Below, piece by piece: positions 51,101-64,000 of a stretch of 64,000 bases of DNA (its first letter is position 1; every line of letters begins with the position of its first letter). Source of the stretch: Pocillopora damicornis. Its lineage: Eukaryota. The stretch lies in assembly GCF_003704095.1 (NCBI RefSeq), contig NW_020846360.1, positions 62,001 through 126,000 of the forward strand, written 5' to 3'. A model generated the notes under the pieces. It had not been told where the DNA came from. It worked only from the letters and a program-made list of their open reading frames with translations, and did no database searches. Both the position numbers and the translations under genes were made by a program.

Positions 51101-54100
51101 ATAGACAATGGAAAATATAATTGAATTATTTTCACTATAATTGGAAACTGGAACAAGTGTCCTAATCAACTGTAGCAAGTTATCAGAAGACTTAAGAAAC
51201 TCCTGACAGCCAGAAATAACAATGAAAAAGCAAAACAGATAAAGATGGAAATTAAAATTTTAAATACCTTCTGTTGTACTTCTGAGTGTTTTCCTCTTAA
51301 TTATTGCAAACAACACAATTTTCAAGATATCATTGTAGATCTTGCAAGGTGTTATGTTAAACCTTGACAGTCTTTCTCTTACCTTCTGTTACCTAGTCAA
51401 ACAAAAATTAGGAAGGCAAATGACTCAGTTCTGGCACAGTTTTCATGCAACATATCCCCTCAGAAAAAGATCGAGCCTGATTTCCTACCACTGAAATAAA
51501 GGCATACATCATTCAAGGAAACTTGATGAACTTTGCTTTTATTCATTGAAGGACCAAATTTGTACATCTGCTACCTTGACACCCTGAGGTAACTCTTTAA
51601 ACAGAAAACTGGAAACATCCTAGTTGGATGCTACATGATTTACATGTAGTTGGTCTTAGGACCTCAAGCTCTCTATGAAGAAATTTTGATGGATCTTTTG
51701 CTGCCAGATAAGCTCACTTTTGTCATTCAATGCGATAAGACTTTCAAATATTCATGAACAAACTTTGTGCTTTATTAAACTTCTGTTGCCCTGGATATGT
51801 TTGGCAGAAATAAGGGATTTACATTTTGATCAGGTACTAGCTAATTTGTTTACTGTTTTATTACTTCAAAATGGATGGATTGCTATTCAAAGTTGATTTT
51901 TATTTTGAGACACCAATATTGGCAGAATAGGGAGAAAAAACAGTCTCATAATGGACTTCATCCCATAATAACTTCTCCAAGTACAAGAAGATATTGTCTC
52001 CCTACTAGCCAGAAGTACTTTGTGGTTGTGTCTCAAAATTTCAATTAGGTTATTGGTGACTTGAGTCAATTAGTTATTTGGAGTTGAGAGGTTTAGTACA
52101 ATTTGGCATCTTTTCTTTTATAATGGAACAGGCTAATGCCTATCATATTGCAGATAATTAATACTAACATTACCTCAATGTGAACCTACAGTCATCATGA
52201 CATTATATATTTGTAACTAAAATAATTTTTCTTTTCACCAGGAAAGTTTAACATCTCTATTAACTGATGAAGAAATGCAACAATTGATAGAGAATTTTGA
52301 TAGGTTAGATGTCAATCAAGGTAAATACAATGATGTGTAATTTCAAAAACCTAATTTCATGGTGATCATGAGAATTTTTGCAAGGTTCATCATTTTATTG
52401 TTATGTGTGGAGTTAACAAACTCAGCATCTCTGACTGACAAAATTTATTTCGAACATGAAATACAATGTAGAACCTGGGAAAATGGAAAAAGTCTCACTG
52501 GGTTTTTTATTCCAGCCATTATGAATTCTATTAGCTTCTTGTATTCTGTACATTGTGTATTGTTGCTTGCTTTTGCTGACACAATGTTACATACCAGTTA
52601 TCAAGTTTGGGTAATGGAAAAAAAACAACTTTGGTGAGAAGTCTGAAAATCAATTTGCATGTAAACAAAACTTTGTATGAGCTCTGCTATTACAGACAGT
52701 TAATAAGTTTTGCATTACATACTATTACATGACAATAATTCATGTAATGGGAAATGATTACCAAGCTAGGTAATGATCTGACCAATTATTATTGCCTTAT
52801 TTATGAAAATATGTACTCAGGTACCCATTTGCAGTGATTTTTCGGTCTTCAGGTTGGATAATTTTTTATGTAAATGCCAGAAGATACTCCAAAGAAATTT
52901 TTTATGCTCACTACAAAATCATGTACCTGAGGTGTTGTTACCATGGATACAATCAATTAATAGGAAGGACTGAAATGCCAATCAAGCACAAATTTTATTG
53001 TTTGTAGTTTTACTCACTACTGTAACACCAGGATTGAGATACAAAGCCAATTACAATTTTAAGTTGCCAGTTCTGCTTTTCAGGCTTCTCAGGATATATC
53101 ATATTTTATGATTAATATAATGTAAATTGAGCTTCCAGCTGACCAATAATCTAATGAATTATTTTCAGATACACAAATAAATGAGGATGAGTATGTTCGA
53201 TACCATACAGCCCAGTACAAAGACATTCACAATGAAAAAATGCCAAGCTACATGGAAGAGGAGACACACAATGAGGTAAAGGAAGCAGCAGAAATGCAAC
53301 AAAAATTATCTTGAGCAAAGACCTTTTTTTTTGTCTCAATCATGATGATAATTATTGCATGAAAAACTTTTATCCTTGCATCAATCTAATATCAACATGA
53401 TTCTTATCAGAACTGCAAGAATTAATGAAGGGTGTCACAAGATATTCTTCAAAACTAATTTTGTCATTGTGTTTGAATCATAAAATGAAAAATACTGCCC
53501 TCTTTTTTTACAAGCAGGACTGGATGAAAGGTTTATGTAAAGTAAAGGAAATAAACTTTTGCCCACCAAATGTTCTTATATTCTAAAAATTTACAGAGTA
53601 CTAGTTGTCTTTCCATGTGGGTCATGTAGTCAGAGTTTGCATAACAAAAAAGTTTAATTATCATAGTCCTAAACTAATCAGTCAATTTTTTGTTTAAGTT
53701 TAAACAAATAGACAAGGATCATACTGGTACTATTGACTGGTGGGAATTCCTTAACCATCAGGCTCTTAAAAGTATTGCAACAAACAGGAGTAAGGTGAGA
53801 AGACTGGAAAACATTTCAATTGGTAGCCATGTTACAAATTGTCCTCTGACCACACAGTTCTTGGAATTTGACATTAAAGCTTGTGATGGAGTTACAAGAC
53901 AACAATTTGTGTCAGTTATGATACTTAGATTAATTAAGTTTCTATGTTTGATGGAAGAATTATGTCTTCCTTGTCATCATTTACTGTTTGTTCATCATAT
54001 GATATTGTTTCAGGTGTGATGAGATTTTGTGATCATGTTTTCAGTTTCAGTTAGTAAGGATGTTATCACCTCTTGAGATACAAAAGGCCAGAGATATTTT

Positions 54101-55375
54101 TCATGCATTTGATAAGGATGAAGATGGCTACATCAATTCCCATGAGGTTGCTGTTGGGTTTACCAGATGGTTTGGCAACTTGAGGCTACGTGACCACAGC
54201 AGTACAGGAACAGGGTAAGACAGTTACTTATTTAAAAGAAGATTAATTATTTGAAACCTGTTGGCAATGCTATGTTGCACCTAGGTTCTGCATTGAGTAA
54301 ATTCCTTGTGGCTAGTTAGGTTAATTTGTGCCTTAGTTTTTAATCCTTTCTGGAAGCTTTGTTCCTGAAAAAAAAAAAAACTGTTAATGAGCAGATGTAC
54401 TTGTAAGGTATGTTTGTTGCTAAGCAGAGATGGAAGCAGTTCATTTGGAAGACCTCTTGATCCAAAGGATGTTTCTGGGCACATTGATCGTCACTCAAGA
54501 ATATTCATGGATGCTGATACTGATAATAACAGGTACTGAATATTCTGTTAACTCCTTTTTCATTACAGATGAGGGCAAGTGGTGTTGTCAGCTTTTTTGG
54601 ATGGAAACTTTTAAAATTTCACAACAATGCTGAAATTGGATAGCATTAGTGGATGTGATAATATTTCATATTCTGAGTGTCCTGATTCCTCCCTTTAACA
54701 GTGTTATTTAGAGCGGCCACTTATCAATATTTACTAAAATGCACCTGAGAAGACCCAAATAATATTGAAAAAATTTGGAAATGTATTCTTTGCAATAATT
54801 GGCTCAGTAATTTCTGCTTGAACCAGTGGAAAGGAAGTACCCCTAAAGGTTGCCTTTTTGTGCATGGAAAGCTTGTGTCAAATGTTTTGTACAAATTTTT
54901 ACTTTCAGACATGGTTTAAAGATTTAACAAAAGTAACAGAGAAGTTACAATTCATAGACCTACATTACAATTCATGGATCTATCAATTGTAACTTCTCCG
55001 TTACATTCATTAAATCTTTAAACCAGAGTAGCATCACACCCTATCTGATTGTCCACCTGGTTACCTTGTGAACCTTAATATATCAATTTTTACTTTATTG
55101 ATAGAACAATAGAAATGTTTGTTAAACACAGATGACAAATCCATGGATTCCATAAGTTGGAAAAATTAAATTGCAACTAGAGTTAGTGGATTGTTAGGGA
55201 ATTAACCCATAAATCAGTTGTTTACCATTTGGATTGCCCCCATTTCATAATTGTTGGCAATATATTGCATTATATTAATTTTTTTATTTGTATTCACAGA
55301 CTGGTTTCCTGGGATGAGTATTTAAGAGAGCAGGCTCTGTACATTTTAGCTGCAAGACCAAATTCAAGTAACTAG
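48164..55375 (+). CDS. PHF24: PHD finger protein 24 (GINIP/KIAA1045) homologue, ~401 aa, myristoylation motif + PHD + EF-hands
   Basis: Exons 48164-48547, 50504-50689, 52242-52320, 53169-53275, 53699-53794, 54045-54214, 54425-54532, 55300-55375, phases consistent. N-terminus MGIIVSK..KVQQTAAVMTALK; PHD ELCSLCGV..PCHVCCKVFHELCL..GWSCHEC; LLTDEEM; C-terminal VSWDEYLREQALYILAARPNS, matching the recalled PHF24 LYILAARPNS motif. Confidence 0.9.
48944..49190. mobile_element. Probable degraded MITE in PHF24 intron 1
   Basis: Ends GTTGTTAGAAGGCT... and ...AGCTTTGAACAAC are imperfectly inverted. Confidence 0.4.
54912..55025. repeat. Fold-back inverted repeat (~49 bp arms)
   Basis: TGGTTTAAAGATTTAA..GTAAC.GAGAAGTTACAATT.ATAGA pairs with its reverse complement across a ~15 nt loop. 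Confidence 0.85.
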
Positions 55376-57898
55376 TTGTTGTGGTGGACACAAGACTCAC
55401 ACTAGTGATACAGTCTGTTGCCGTTTCCAGTCAGCTCAGATCGCAGTCACTTTTACTTCTGATCTGTACATTAAAACTTCTAAATTTTCACCAACAGATG
55501 GTTCATTTAGTTTCCTTGGTTAAAAATATTCAAAGCATGGCATATCCTGAATATAATGTCTAATTTTTGCAAAAATTTGAATTTAAGATTCCTAGTTTTC
55601 AGCAAACTACAGTGATTCAGACTTTCACCTTCATTATGCATACACTTTGTGTTTTTGTTGTTTGGAGAAAATCAGTGAGCCAATGCTTTTTGCATGATTC
55701 TTTATTTTTTATTTCAACAGTACTATCTAAAGGGTTTTCATTGCAAAGGGCGAGGGTTTGGGACAAATACACATAAATGAAAAAGGCAGTAATTTTTGGC
55801 TGATGACTGGGCAACATACTATAACTTGAAGGACTGGCATGCGAAGTAACTGTTTTTTAAAACAACATTGTGTTTCACAAGAAAGAGTGTGCTAGTTTAT
55901 AGATATTTTTTTTGTAACAAGAGGTGAATGACTAATCATGATATGCAAGTACTTTGCCTACCATATTTACCCTCCCTCCCCTCCTCCTTGGCCCAGTAAT
56001 TTTCTCTTCTCATCATTAGTCTTCTTAGAGGGTAAAATAGTTTTGCTGATGATCTTCAAGAAAAATCAATGTGACAGCCATTCATTAAATTTGTGATTGT
56101 TAGGTAACTACATAGTCCTAAGGAGCTTTCGGAAGAGTCTCTCTTAGTGTAACTGAAGTGTCAACTTGCAAGGGTGTTTAGTCGGTTTGTTCCCAGAAGT
56201 AAATTGAAGTCAACTGTCTGATCCTGACCATGTTTATATTATTAGTTTATCATTTCCAGCTTAAAATTTTGATTTTCTGCCACCACAGTGACTACTTATC
56301 TTGCAATATAAAATGGATCTGCTTTCAGCAATTCACTTGAAAATGTAAATTACAAGTTTGTGGATTTGACATTTGGTTAAGATAAACAGTGAACAAGCTT
56401 CAAAGCTAGTTGGTTCAGAGTAGCATCTTGGTTAGGCATGGGTGGTAGAGAGACCCCAGAAAATGTGTAACTGCAACTGGAAAGGATAACTTTTTAGTTG
56501 CACTAGTTAAACAATCAGCCTTTGGACACTTTGAGAACTGAAGTAGACCAGAAACTAGAATGTATGGTTACTGCTTGGAAGGAAAGAGTTTCCATAGTTT
56601 GTCAAGAACAAAATCATCAAATTGTGAGGCACATTACAAATTGACAACTATCCCTATGGAAAGCACAAAGATGTAAGAAGTCCTCAAGTGTTTTCCAAGG
56701 TGATCATGTTTCTAATTATCAAGTTATCTGACAAGTGTTGACAGTCACTGCTGTGATTTCTTTAGTTGAGCTAAATTTTTTCCAAAATCTGCCAGCCTCA
56801 CCCAGGCACTAAAGTGCATTTGATGTTTTCATTAATTGGAAATTTTCTTCAAAAGTTAGTGTTGCACTTGTAAATGTCCCCTGATGAAATATTTTAACCC
56901 CAAAGTGAACACATTTTGGAAAACTTTTCTCAAGTGCAACCCCTGCCTGAAAAAAATTAGTAATTAAGCATTCTCCTAGGATACCAGGGAATTAAAAAGG
57001 GGAAAAGATTCCTTACACCCACATGACATATACGCAGGGCTGTGTAAAGTTTTGTATATAAGCACAACTTGAGTAGCTGCAAAGATTAACCACCTTTATT
57101 TTCAAAACAATTATGAATAAAAATTATAAGACTGAAAATACATAGTTTTCAGCTAAATTCTAAATAAGCAAAATGTCTCTTGGTGATTTAGAAGTTAAAC
57201 AGCTATTGATACTGTAGAACTTTTTGAAAGAATCAATTCAATAACTACTGTTTAATTCATAAAACCAATATTGATATACAAACAATGGCACTAGAGATCA
57301 TGACACCCAACCAAGCCACAAACTAATTACCATGATTGTTTACATTTTTAAAATTTCTATCAAGATGATTGGCTTGTCTCTTGTAACTGCAACAATACTA
57401 GAAATATTTGGTTTTTTTTTTTAGTTTGATGGTGAAAAATTGCCTTCTGGTAACTACCATAATACTACTAGATTTAACTGTAACATGTCAATATAAAAAA
57501 GTTATTGGACACTTTATATTAAGTTCTCAATTAAATAAACATTGTTTGTAATAAGGTTAAATAATCATGAACAGTTTAAGTACGCAAATCATTGTAGCAT
57601 GTGTTTTAAAACTTCATTTCATACATGGCAAGTGTGAAATTGATAACCAATCAAAACCGTAATTAACAGAACTACAAACTGAAAGCACAAGGTTTCAACA
57701 TGTCGACTTCAGTTCATCTGATTCACATTTTTATTTATTTAATATTGTGAGCTACCAGGAATCTTAAAGTTAATTAAATAGTTGCATGCTTATACAATTT
57801 GCAGTGTAAATAACTGACTCTTTCTCATTTAACAATTTAAAAATGTATCATTATGATAGCTGTAATAAACTTATTTCATACCAAGGATTTTTTCCTCA

Positions 57899-60426
57899 TT
57901 ACACCTTTGCTAGCAAGATTGTCGTTCTAACAATGGCTTCAGTGACCTGGTATGGATCACAGTTTGATGAAGGTCTCCTGTCTTCAAGATAGCCTTTACC
58001 ATCTTCAGCACACTGACGAGGTATACGCACACTAGCACCTCGATTAGCCACTCCATGAGAGAAGTTCTCAATTGATGATGTCTCGTGCAGCCCAGTCAAA
58101 CGTCTTTTGTTATCTTCACCTTCATTGGGGTCATACATCCGAATGTGGTAATCATGTCTGCTTGATAACTTTTCAATGGCCTCATAGATGTACTTTATTC
58201 CTCCTTCTTCTCTCATTGGCTTGGTACTAGAAAGCAGTTCATGGAAAAAATAAGATTTACCTCAGACAGGTGCCTCACTAATGATTCCATTTTTTCATTA
58301 CCGGTAACTAGAGTTTCATCGTCATTTATATGTCTTCACTAGCTGCTTATTAAGTTTATAATCAATTTCAAGATTGCTGTGCTCTGTTTTAAGTGCATTC
58401 ATGGACACGCCCCCAATTATTTAAAAAGCATGGTCGCCATCAAGGAGACTTTGACAGGCAACCTCTGCTCAAGTACCAGTATCCAGTTGGAAGACCATTT
58501 GTGACGATTGAAAAAAACACTTGGCAATCAAGCCTTTTCCAAGATTTGGTACAGTCTCTCGCAATCATTAAAGTCATTGCAAAATTTCAACACCTTTAAG
58601 AAATTGCTTAAAATTCACTATCGTAGGGAAGCATTTACTTTATAATTTCTTTTAAGTGTTTCATATCGTATACATCTTTGCGCTTTATTGTAAATTCAAA
58701 ATTTTAAATAGGCAACAGTAATTTGTAGTCAATTTTAATGTGTAAAGTGCATTTGATCATATCCTCCAGTATGTTAATTTGCACTGTATAAATATTCAAT
58801 AGATTACTACTATTATTTGTATACTGTCCTTGCCTTTTACCAAAGGAAGAATTGTGGGGTTCATCCTCAGTGAAACTTTGGCTCAGTCACTGTTGTAACT
58901 GCAACATTGTTGTAACTGTTACTGTTACAGTATTAAGAAGCAGTAGAAGTTGTAGCAGTGAAGAAAATTTTCACCGTTATGCTTAAAACAGCTTTTACTG
59001 CTTGAATTATTTTCTGTTAAGTCTTTTACCTGTAGTTTGTGTGAGCTCCTGCCCCATTCCAGTTCCCTGGAACAGGTTTGGGGTCAAAACTGACTGTGAT
59101 TCCAAAATCTTCTGCAACACGATGTAACAGAAATCTTGACATCCAAAGGTGGTCACCCATTTGAATTCCTTCACATGGACCCACCTGGTATTCCCACTAT
59201 AAGGCAAGCAACAATGTGACATTATAAACACTCAATTTTGAAGACCAATTTCCTCACCCACAGTACATGTAACGGGGTGTGTTAAATATATTTTCATGAG
59301 GAATTATGTTGCTCCATTCATGGCGTATTACTTGGTCATTTATTTATTTACTTTCACCGTTACTGTAAATATTTTAAGCAATGAGAATTACACGTTTTCT
59401 CACCTGTGCAGGCATGACTTCAGCATTAGTTCCAGCAATCTTTACACCAGCATACAGACAAGCTCGGTAGTGAGCTTCCACAACATCTCGGCCAAAAACC
59501 TTTCCTGTACCAACAGCACAATAATAGGGTCCCTGTGGTCCTGGAAAACCTCCCTTTGGCCAGCCTAAAGGGTGGCCGTCCGTGTCTAACAGTGTGTATT
59601 CTTGTTCAATACCAAACCACGGAGCGGCTTTCTAGGAAACAAAGGGAAAGAAAACGTAGATTTTACGTTAGAACAATCGTCAAGTCACGAGGTCGTGTGT
59701 TTGGAGTGCCTCCTTCACACAGATTGGACGGAGTCAGGCAGAGGTGAAAAGATTACGGTGTAGTTTGTTCTGCACTATTCTAGGTTACTAGGGCATTGGA
59801 AATTCGAGACAGGATTTATGAAATGAAAATGCGAGTTGTTCTCATTATCTCGGCCTTTCTCGACACTCTCCAACCGAAACTTGTTTTATTTCGAGTGTGC
59901 TGTAAATCTCAATAATGGGGTCAGCTATATTTCATTTCCTTTTATATTTAGATTTTAAAGTGTTTCCTTAACACCAAAATTTTTCCTTTTTTAATTTTTC
60001 GTAATTCTTACAGATTCATCCGATAACTGAAGGCTTTTGATGATACATTTTCCTTACCTTTGCAAGGTCGACATTCATAGCATCAAAGCAGCTTTTTCTC
60101 GTATTTGTTGTGGTTGGCTTGTGGTCAAATCGATACGTCTCACACAGAACTAACTTGTTCTTTCCCCTCCTGAACGGATCTCTAAACAAAGCTACAGGAT
60201 GGAGATACACATCACTGTTTGAACCTTCCGCCTGGTTTGTACTGGAGCCATCGAAATTCCAAATGGGAAGATCTTCTGGTTTAGTTGGTTCCTCGCTGAC
60301 AGTTCTCGTTTTGCAGCGGAGATGCTCGCCGGTTCCGTCTACCCAGATGTACATGGCTTGAATGCTGTCACCTTGATCAAGAGACATGTACTTGGCGAGC
60401 GTAGGGTTATTACTTCTCTCATCCAT
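57899..60426 (-). CDS. GLUL: Glutamine synthetase type II, 363 aa
   Basis: Exons 60426-60058, 59631-59404, 59196-59030, 58226-57899. Motifs [82 protein letters not shown] and [15 protein letters not shown]. Confidence 0.98.
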
Positions 60427-60510
60427 CGTGTTACTCTTAGAAAAAAGCTTCTTGGTGGTGCAGACAGTCGTCTTCAGTGGCAGTAGACGCCGGTTGCGAG
60501 GTGCGCTCAT

Positions 60511-60670
60511 TCAGTTTATATTTGAGACCCGGGAATTTAGTAGGCCAATCACAGTTAGTTATCAAAACACTCGTGATCGAACGCGTGTTTATCTTGACGT
60601 CAAAAGGCCTTTCGATTGAGGAACACGTGATTCCCATGCGACCAGTAACTTCACTACAATCACGTTCCAG
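60511..60670 (-). promoter_or_regulatory. GS proximal promoter
   Basis: TATAAA at 60520-60515 (-), CCAAT at 60545-60549, perfect CRE TGACGTCA at 60595-60602, E-box CACGTG at 60624-60629 and CACGTT at 60661-60666. Confidence 0.7.
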
Positions 60671-63301
60671 GGAGCGTGTCTGATCCAAACAACCAGAAAT
60701 GTTTTGTTCGGACCTGCAAGGCTTGTTATTCAACAAACATGCTACTGGCGAAGTGTTCCGACCATATTTGTTTTTCAAGTGGACGGTCACAGTTTAGAGA
60801 ATCGCTTGACGTTGACAGCTGCTGTTTTTCCTTCCGATCTACTGACAATGCCGTTTGCGTTTAAAATTTGAATGATTCCACGTAAATCATCGAAACCATT
60901 CGTCCAATTTTCACACATGGTATTAAAATTAACGTACACAGCATTTTTCATAAATCAGCCGGTAGAAAGAGACAAAAACTGTCATCATCAATCTTGTCCC
61001 AATAAAAATAATTGAATCAAGGAAATGAGGCCATCGTCGCTCCTGCAGGGGAGCATAGGGGCATTAACCATTGGCCTTCCCACTGGACTCTAATTTTGGC
61101 AGCTCTCTTTCCCTTTTTCCACTTGATGTTCCTCTTAGAGAGCTTCTATTGACCTTTTCGAAGGCGGGATGAGTAATACTTTATTACCAGGCTTCCTGAG
61201 TAAATGCCCAGCCCAACCACTTCTGCTATGCAAACTTGACTGGCATGATTCGTGAAGTCTTCCTTACTTACTAACAAACCCGTTGACATAGAGCTTTACC
61301 GGCCATAAGCCAGTAAGCTCAAAAACTGCAAAGGCAACCTGATGACACCTGTTGCTCCTGGAATTATTTTAAACTCATTCAAGTAATCCCTTGTGAACCA
61401 TTAAGACTTACTGGAATAACTTGCCAAAATAATTGCTGCTCTAGGAATTTTTCCCCTTCAAAGTCCCTTCCAGGATATAAAACAAAGTAGTTTGGAATTC
61501 TTCAACTAATGTGAATTTGTACGCACCTAAACTCTTTTCTCATCGCCAGCACTCACTTTCACATCGAAATTTCTAGTTTATGTAAGAAAAAAGGAGAATT
61601 TAAATGGCTGGTTTTGAAGGTTTCGAGTGGATCGTTTTCAACCATTTCAATACAAAAATACTCCCAGTATGTAGTAGAAAGATCCGCTTCCCTCGTCTAT
61701 ATTTCAGCATTAAATTTTAGACAAAACAGTACCGTTTGAAGGAAAAATGATTTTCCAAGACAAAAACCATGGGATCGTGAAATATTAACCCAGATTAATT
61801 GAGCAAATAAGAAAAAAAAGACAATAGAATGTAACCTAATCTCTTAGCAAAAACACAAAATATAATTGTGAAGGCAGTTGTCAACAAAATTATTCAATAC
61901 TATAGAGATAAAGAATGCTGAATTTAGAAAAACCATGCTTGACACAAATTCTTTTGGAAATATACTGTCAGCGAACAAGGACCAGGATACCGTTTAAAAA
62001 ACACAGTTTATAATCTCTTGTGAATAAGTCTATAGTGGCTGAGCTCGAACCATAAAGGAAGTGGGGAGTTAAACGAAGAAAATATTTTGGCTCTTTTCCG
62101 TCTCTAAATATGAATTTCTGTATCGCAATGCGTCAGTTCTGTTTCCATTTTCACTAGTAGTTTTAATTGTTATCGCACAAATTTCTCTGATCATTGTTCC
62201 TTGAAACTTAGCTTATGTTGAAACACAAGAGTAAACAGGTATAAGGGAGATAAAGGAGAAGTTATCTACCAGAATGTAAAAAAAATATATGATTGTAACT
62301 GAAGAATGAAATAGCAATAATATGTTAATAATAAGAAAGTAATGATTATAATATAATAGCAATGATAATTCACCTGTTGATCTGCAGTCCGCTTAACGAC
62401 TGGTGACTAAAAGGAGGAGAGAGGTTGGGCGATAGCTGAGCGATGATTGGACAGTGCGGTCTTCTGGGAACCTTTCTTTTCTTGTGTTTACAGCTATGGT
62501 AAATATTGGATGCGATTTTCGAGAGATTACTTTTTTCCCTCATTAACGTTGTTTGCTTCAGGATATCCTTTCCGGACAACGTTTTATCAGGTTTATTCTC
62601 GCCAGTAATTTCTCGTTAAAAAAACAACTATTTTCTATTGGATACAAAAGAGTCGTCCAGTACGCAATAATTTATCGTTATCGATTTCAGCTCTGAGCTA
62701 AAACAAAGATCAAATCTATACCCCATTTTACGAGTAGCACTTAATTCATGAATTCGTCAAAAAGACTGCTGATGCTTTTCTTTTAGTTCCTTGATATTTT
62801 GCAATCAACACCAAGAGGCAAACCATATACCACCATGATGCTAGCACCAGCACTACAACCACCGTTTGAACGGATGCTAAAAAAATGAGAGCTTTGTAGA
62901 ATTATGAAAGACGATAGGCAGTGTCTCCCTTACTCCCAAGTTAAGGAATTTTTTTTCCTTTTTATTCTCAAAACACTTAAAATTACACCCTTAACAAAAT
63001 GTTCTAGTTGCAAAATATTTGTAACTGTGAATGTCCACCAGAAACTCAAAGCGAACAACCAGGCTTCCAACTTTGTCCCAACAAGACAAAAGAATGGTGA
63101 GTCATTAAAATTCAACTTCACGTGAAAGTGTCAATAATTAAAAGCCCGCACACAATATAAAAGTAACCATGATGATCCTTTGTGATAAGCTGCCTTGACC
63201 GAGGAATACGAGCTTGGTACGTATGTCGCCAACAAAGACTCTCTAACCACTAAGTACATTTCCAATCCGCTAAATCATTTGCGTTGTTCTTTGCAGGAAC
63301 C

Positions 63302-63401
63302 ATGGACGGCAGATTAACTTTCTGTGTTGTTTTTACGTCTATAATTCTCCTCGTCAAATCATGGCCGACAGAAATACGAGTTGCTGCAAAGCAAGAATCA
63401 G
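63302..63401 (+). CDS. Possible first exon of a secreted or membrane protein
   Basis: MDGRLTFCVVFTSIILLVKSWPTEIRVAAKQES followed by G|GTCAGT donor; signal-peptide-like. No convincing second exon in the window. Confidence 0.35.
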
Positions 63402-64000
63402 GTCAGTTGGATGTTGTTTTCTTTTGTTACCTTACTCCATTGGAATGGATCAAAATCGTGGTAATCATAAACGACTTCAAGACTGCCCTTTTTTTCCAGT
63501 TGATTTGTAAGAAAAAAAGGCTCTGCTAAAACTGAACTAAATGTTATTTTACCTTAACCAGAACTATTCCTTTATCTCAAATATATCTAAGAGTATTCCT
63601 TGTTCCATTGTTTCCATAAGGCAAGTTAGAGTAATTTCCTCCATCGTCCCTGCTACACTGAACTTCGATATCGCATGTTATTAGAAATAAACCTCCAGGG
63701 AAAATGGAAAATTTCCATTGAAAATTAATTTTCTTATGCTGAAAATTAGAAAAAAGTTGACCGAAATGGATAAGTATAAAGTATTCAGTCATATAAACAT
63801 ATGTTGGCCGTTTATGCGGGCGAGGCTTGAAAGTTAGATGTTGCAGTGAAATGACTGTGAAATACTTTTTGAACGATTTTTGTATGCTAGTATCCACTAT
63901 ACGGCTGCGAATATATAAAAATCATCTATATGAACTGCGGATTAATAAATGAATATGAGAGTGATATTTATGTAACTATTCCTCCTCATTTTTGGAGATA

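Noticed and set aside
62370-62579. 69-aa ORF as a coding first exon of GS
   Set aside because: Its phase-2 donor is out of frame with the better acceptor at 60435 and would need a weak GAG acceptor.

Overview
AT-rich, intron-containing animal DNA. The repeat families and genes suggest an anthozoan such as a stony coral (inference). The window has two parts, split by a 100-N gap at 28772-28871. Bases 1 to ~28 kb are a CpG-depleted block of decayed mobile elements: LINE fragments, a Helentron-type Helitron, a younger L2, a Penelope fragment, the right-hand part of a Polinton/Maverick (adintovirus-like) element, a second isolated penton-like gene and an internally deleted Gmr1-type Gypsy element with both LTRs. 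The Polinton part carries a penton-like gene, pPolB, small membrane ORFs, an integrase, a fibre-like motif and an ...ACTACT terminus. Bases 29-64 kb hold three intact genes whose exons I assembled by hand with consistent splice phases: YTHDC1 (15 coding exons, - strand), PHF24/GINIP (8 exons, + strand, head-to-head with YTHDC1) and glutamine synthetase (4 coding exons, - strand). The most interesting points are the virus-like Polinton module with its duplicated penton-like gene, a PHF24 that appears to retain four EF-hands, and a possible dual-promoter/dual-ATG GS. Family assignments rest on recalled motifs, not database searches.
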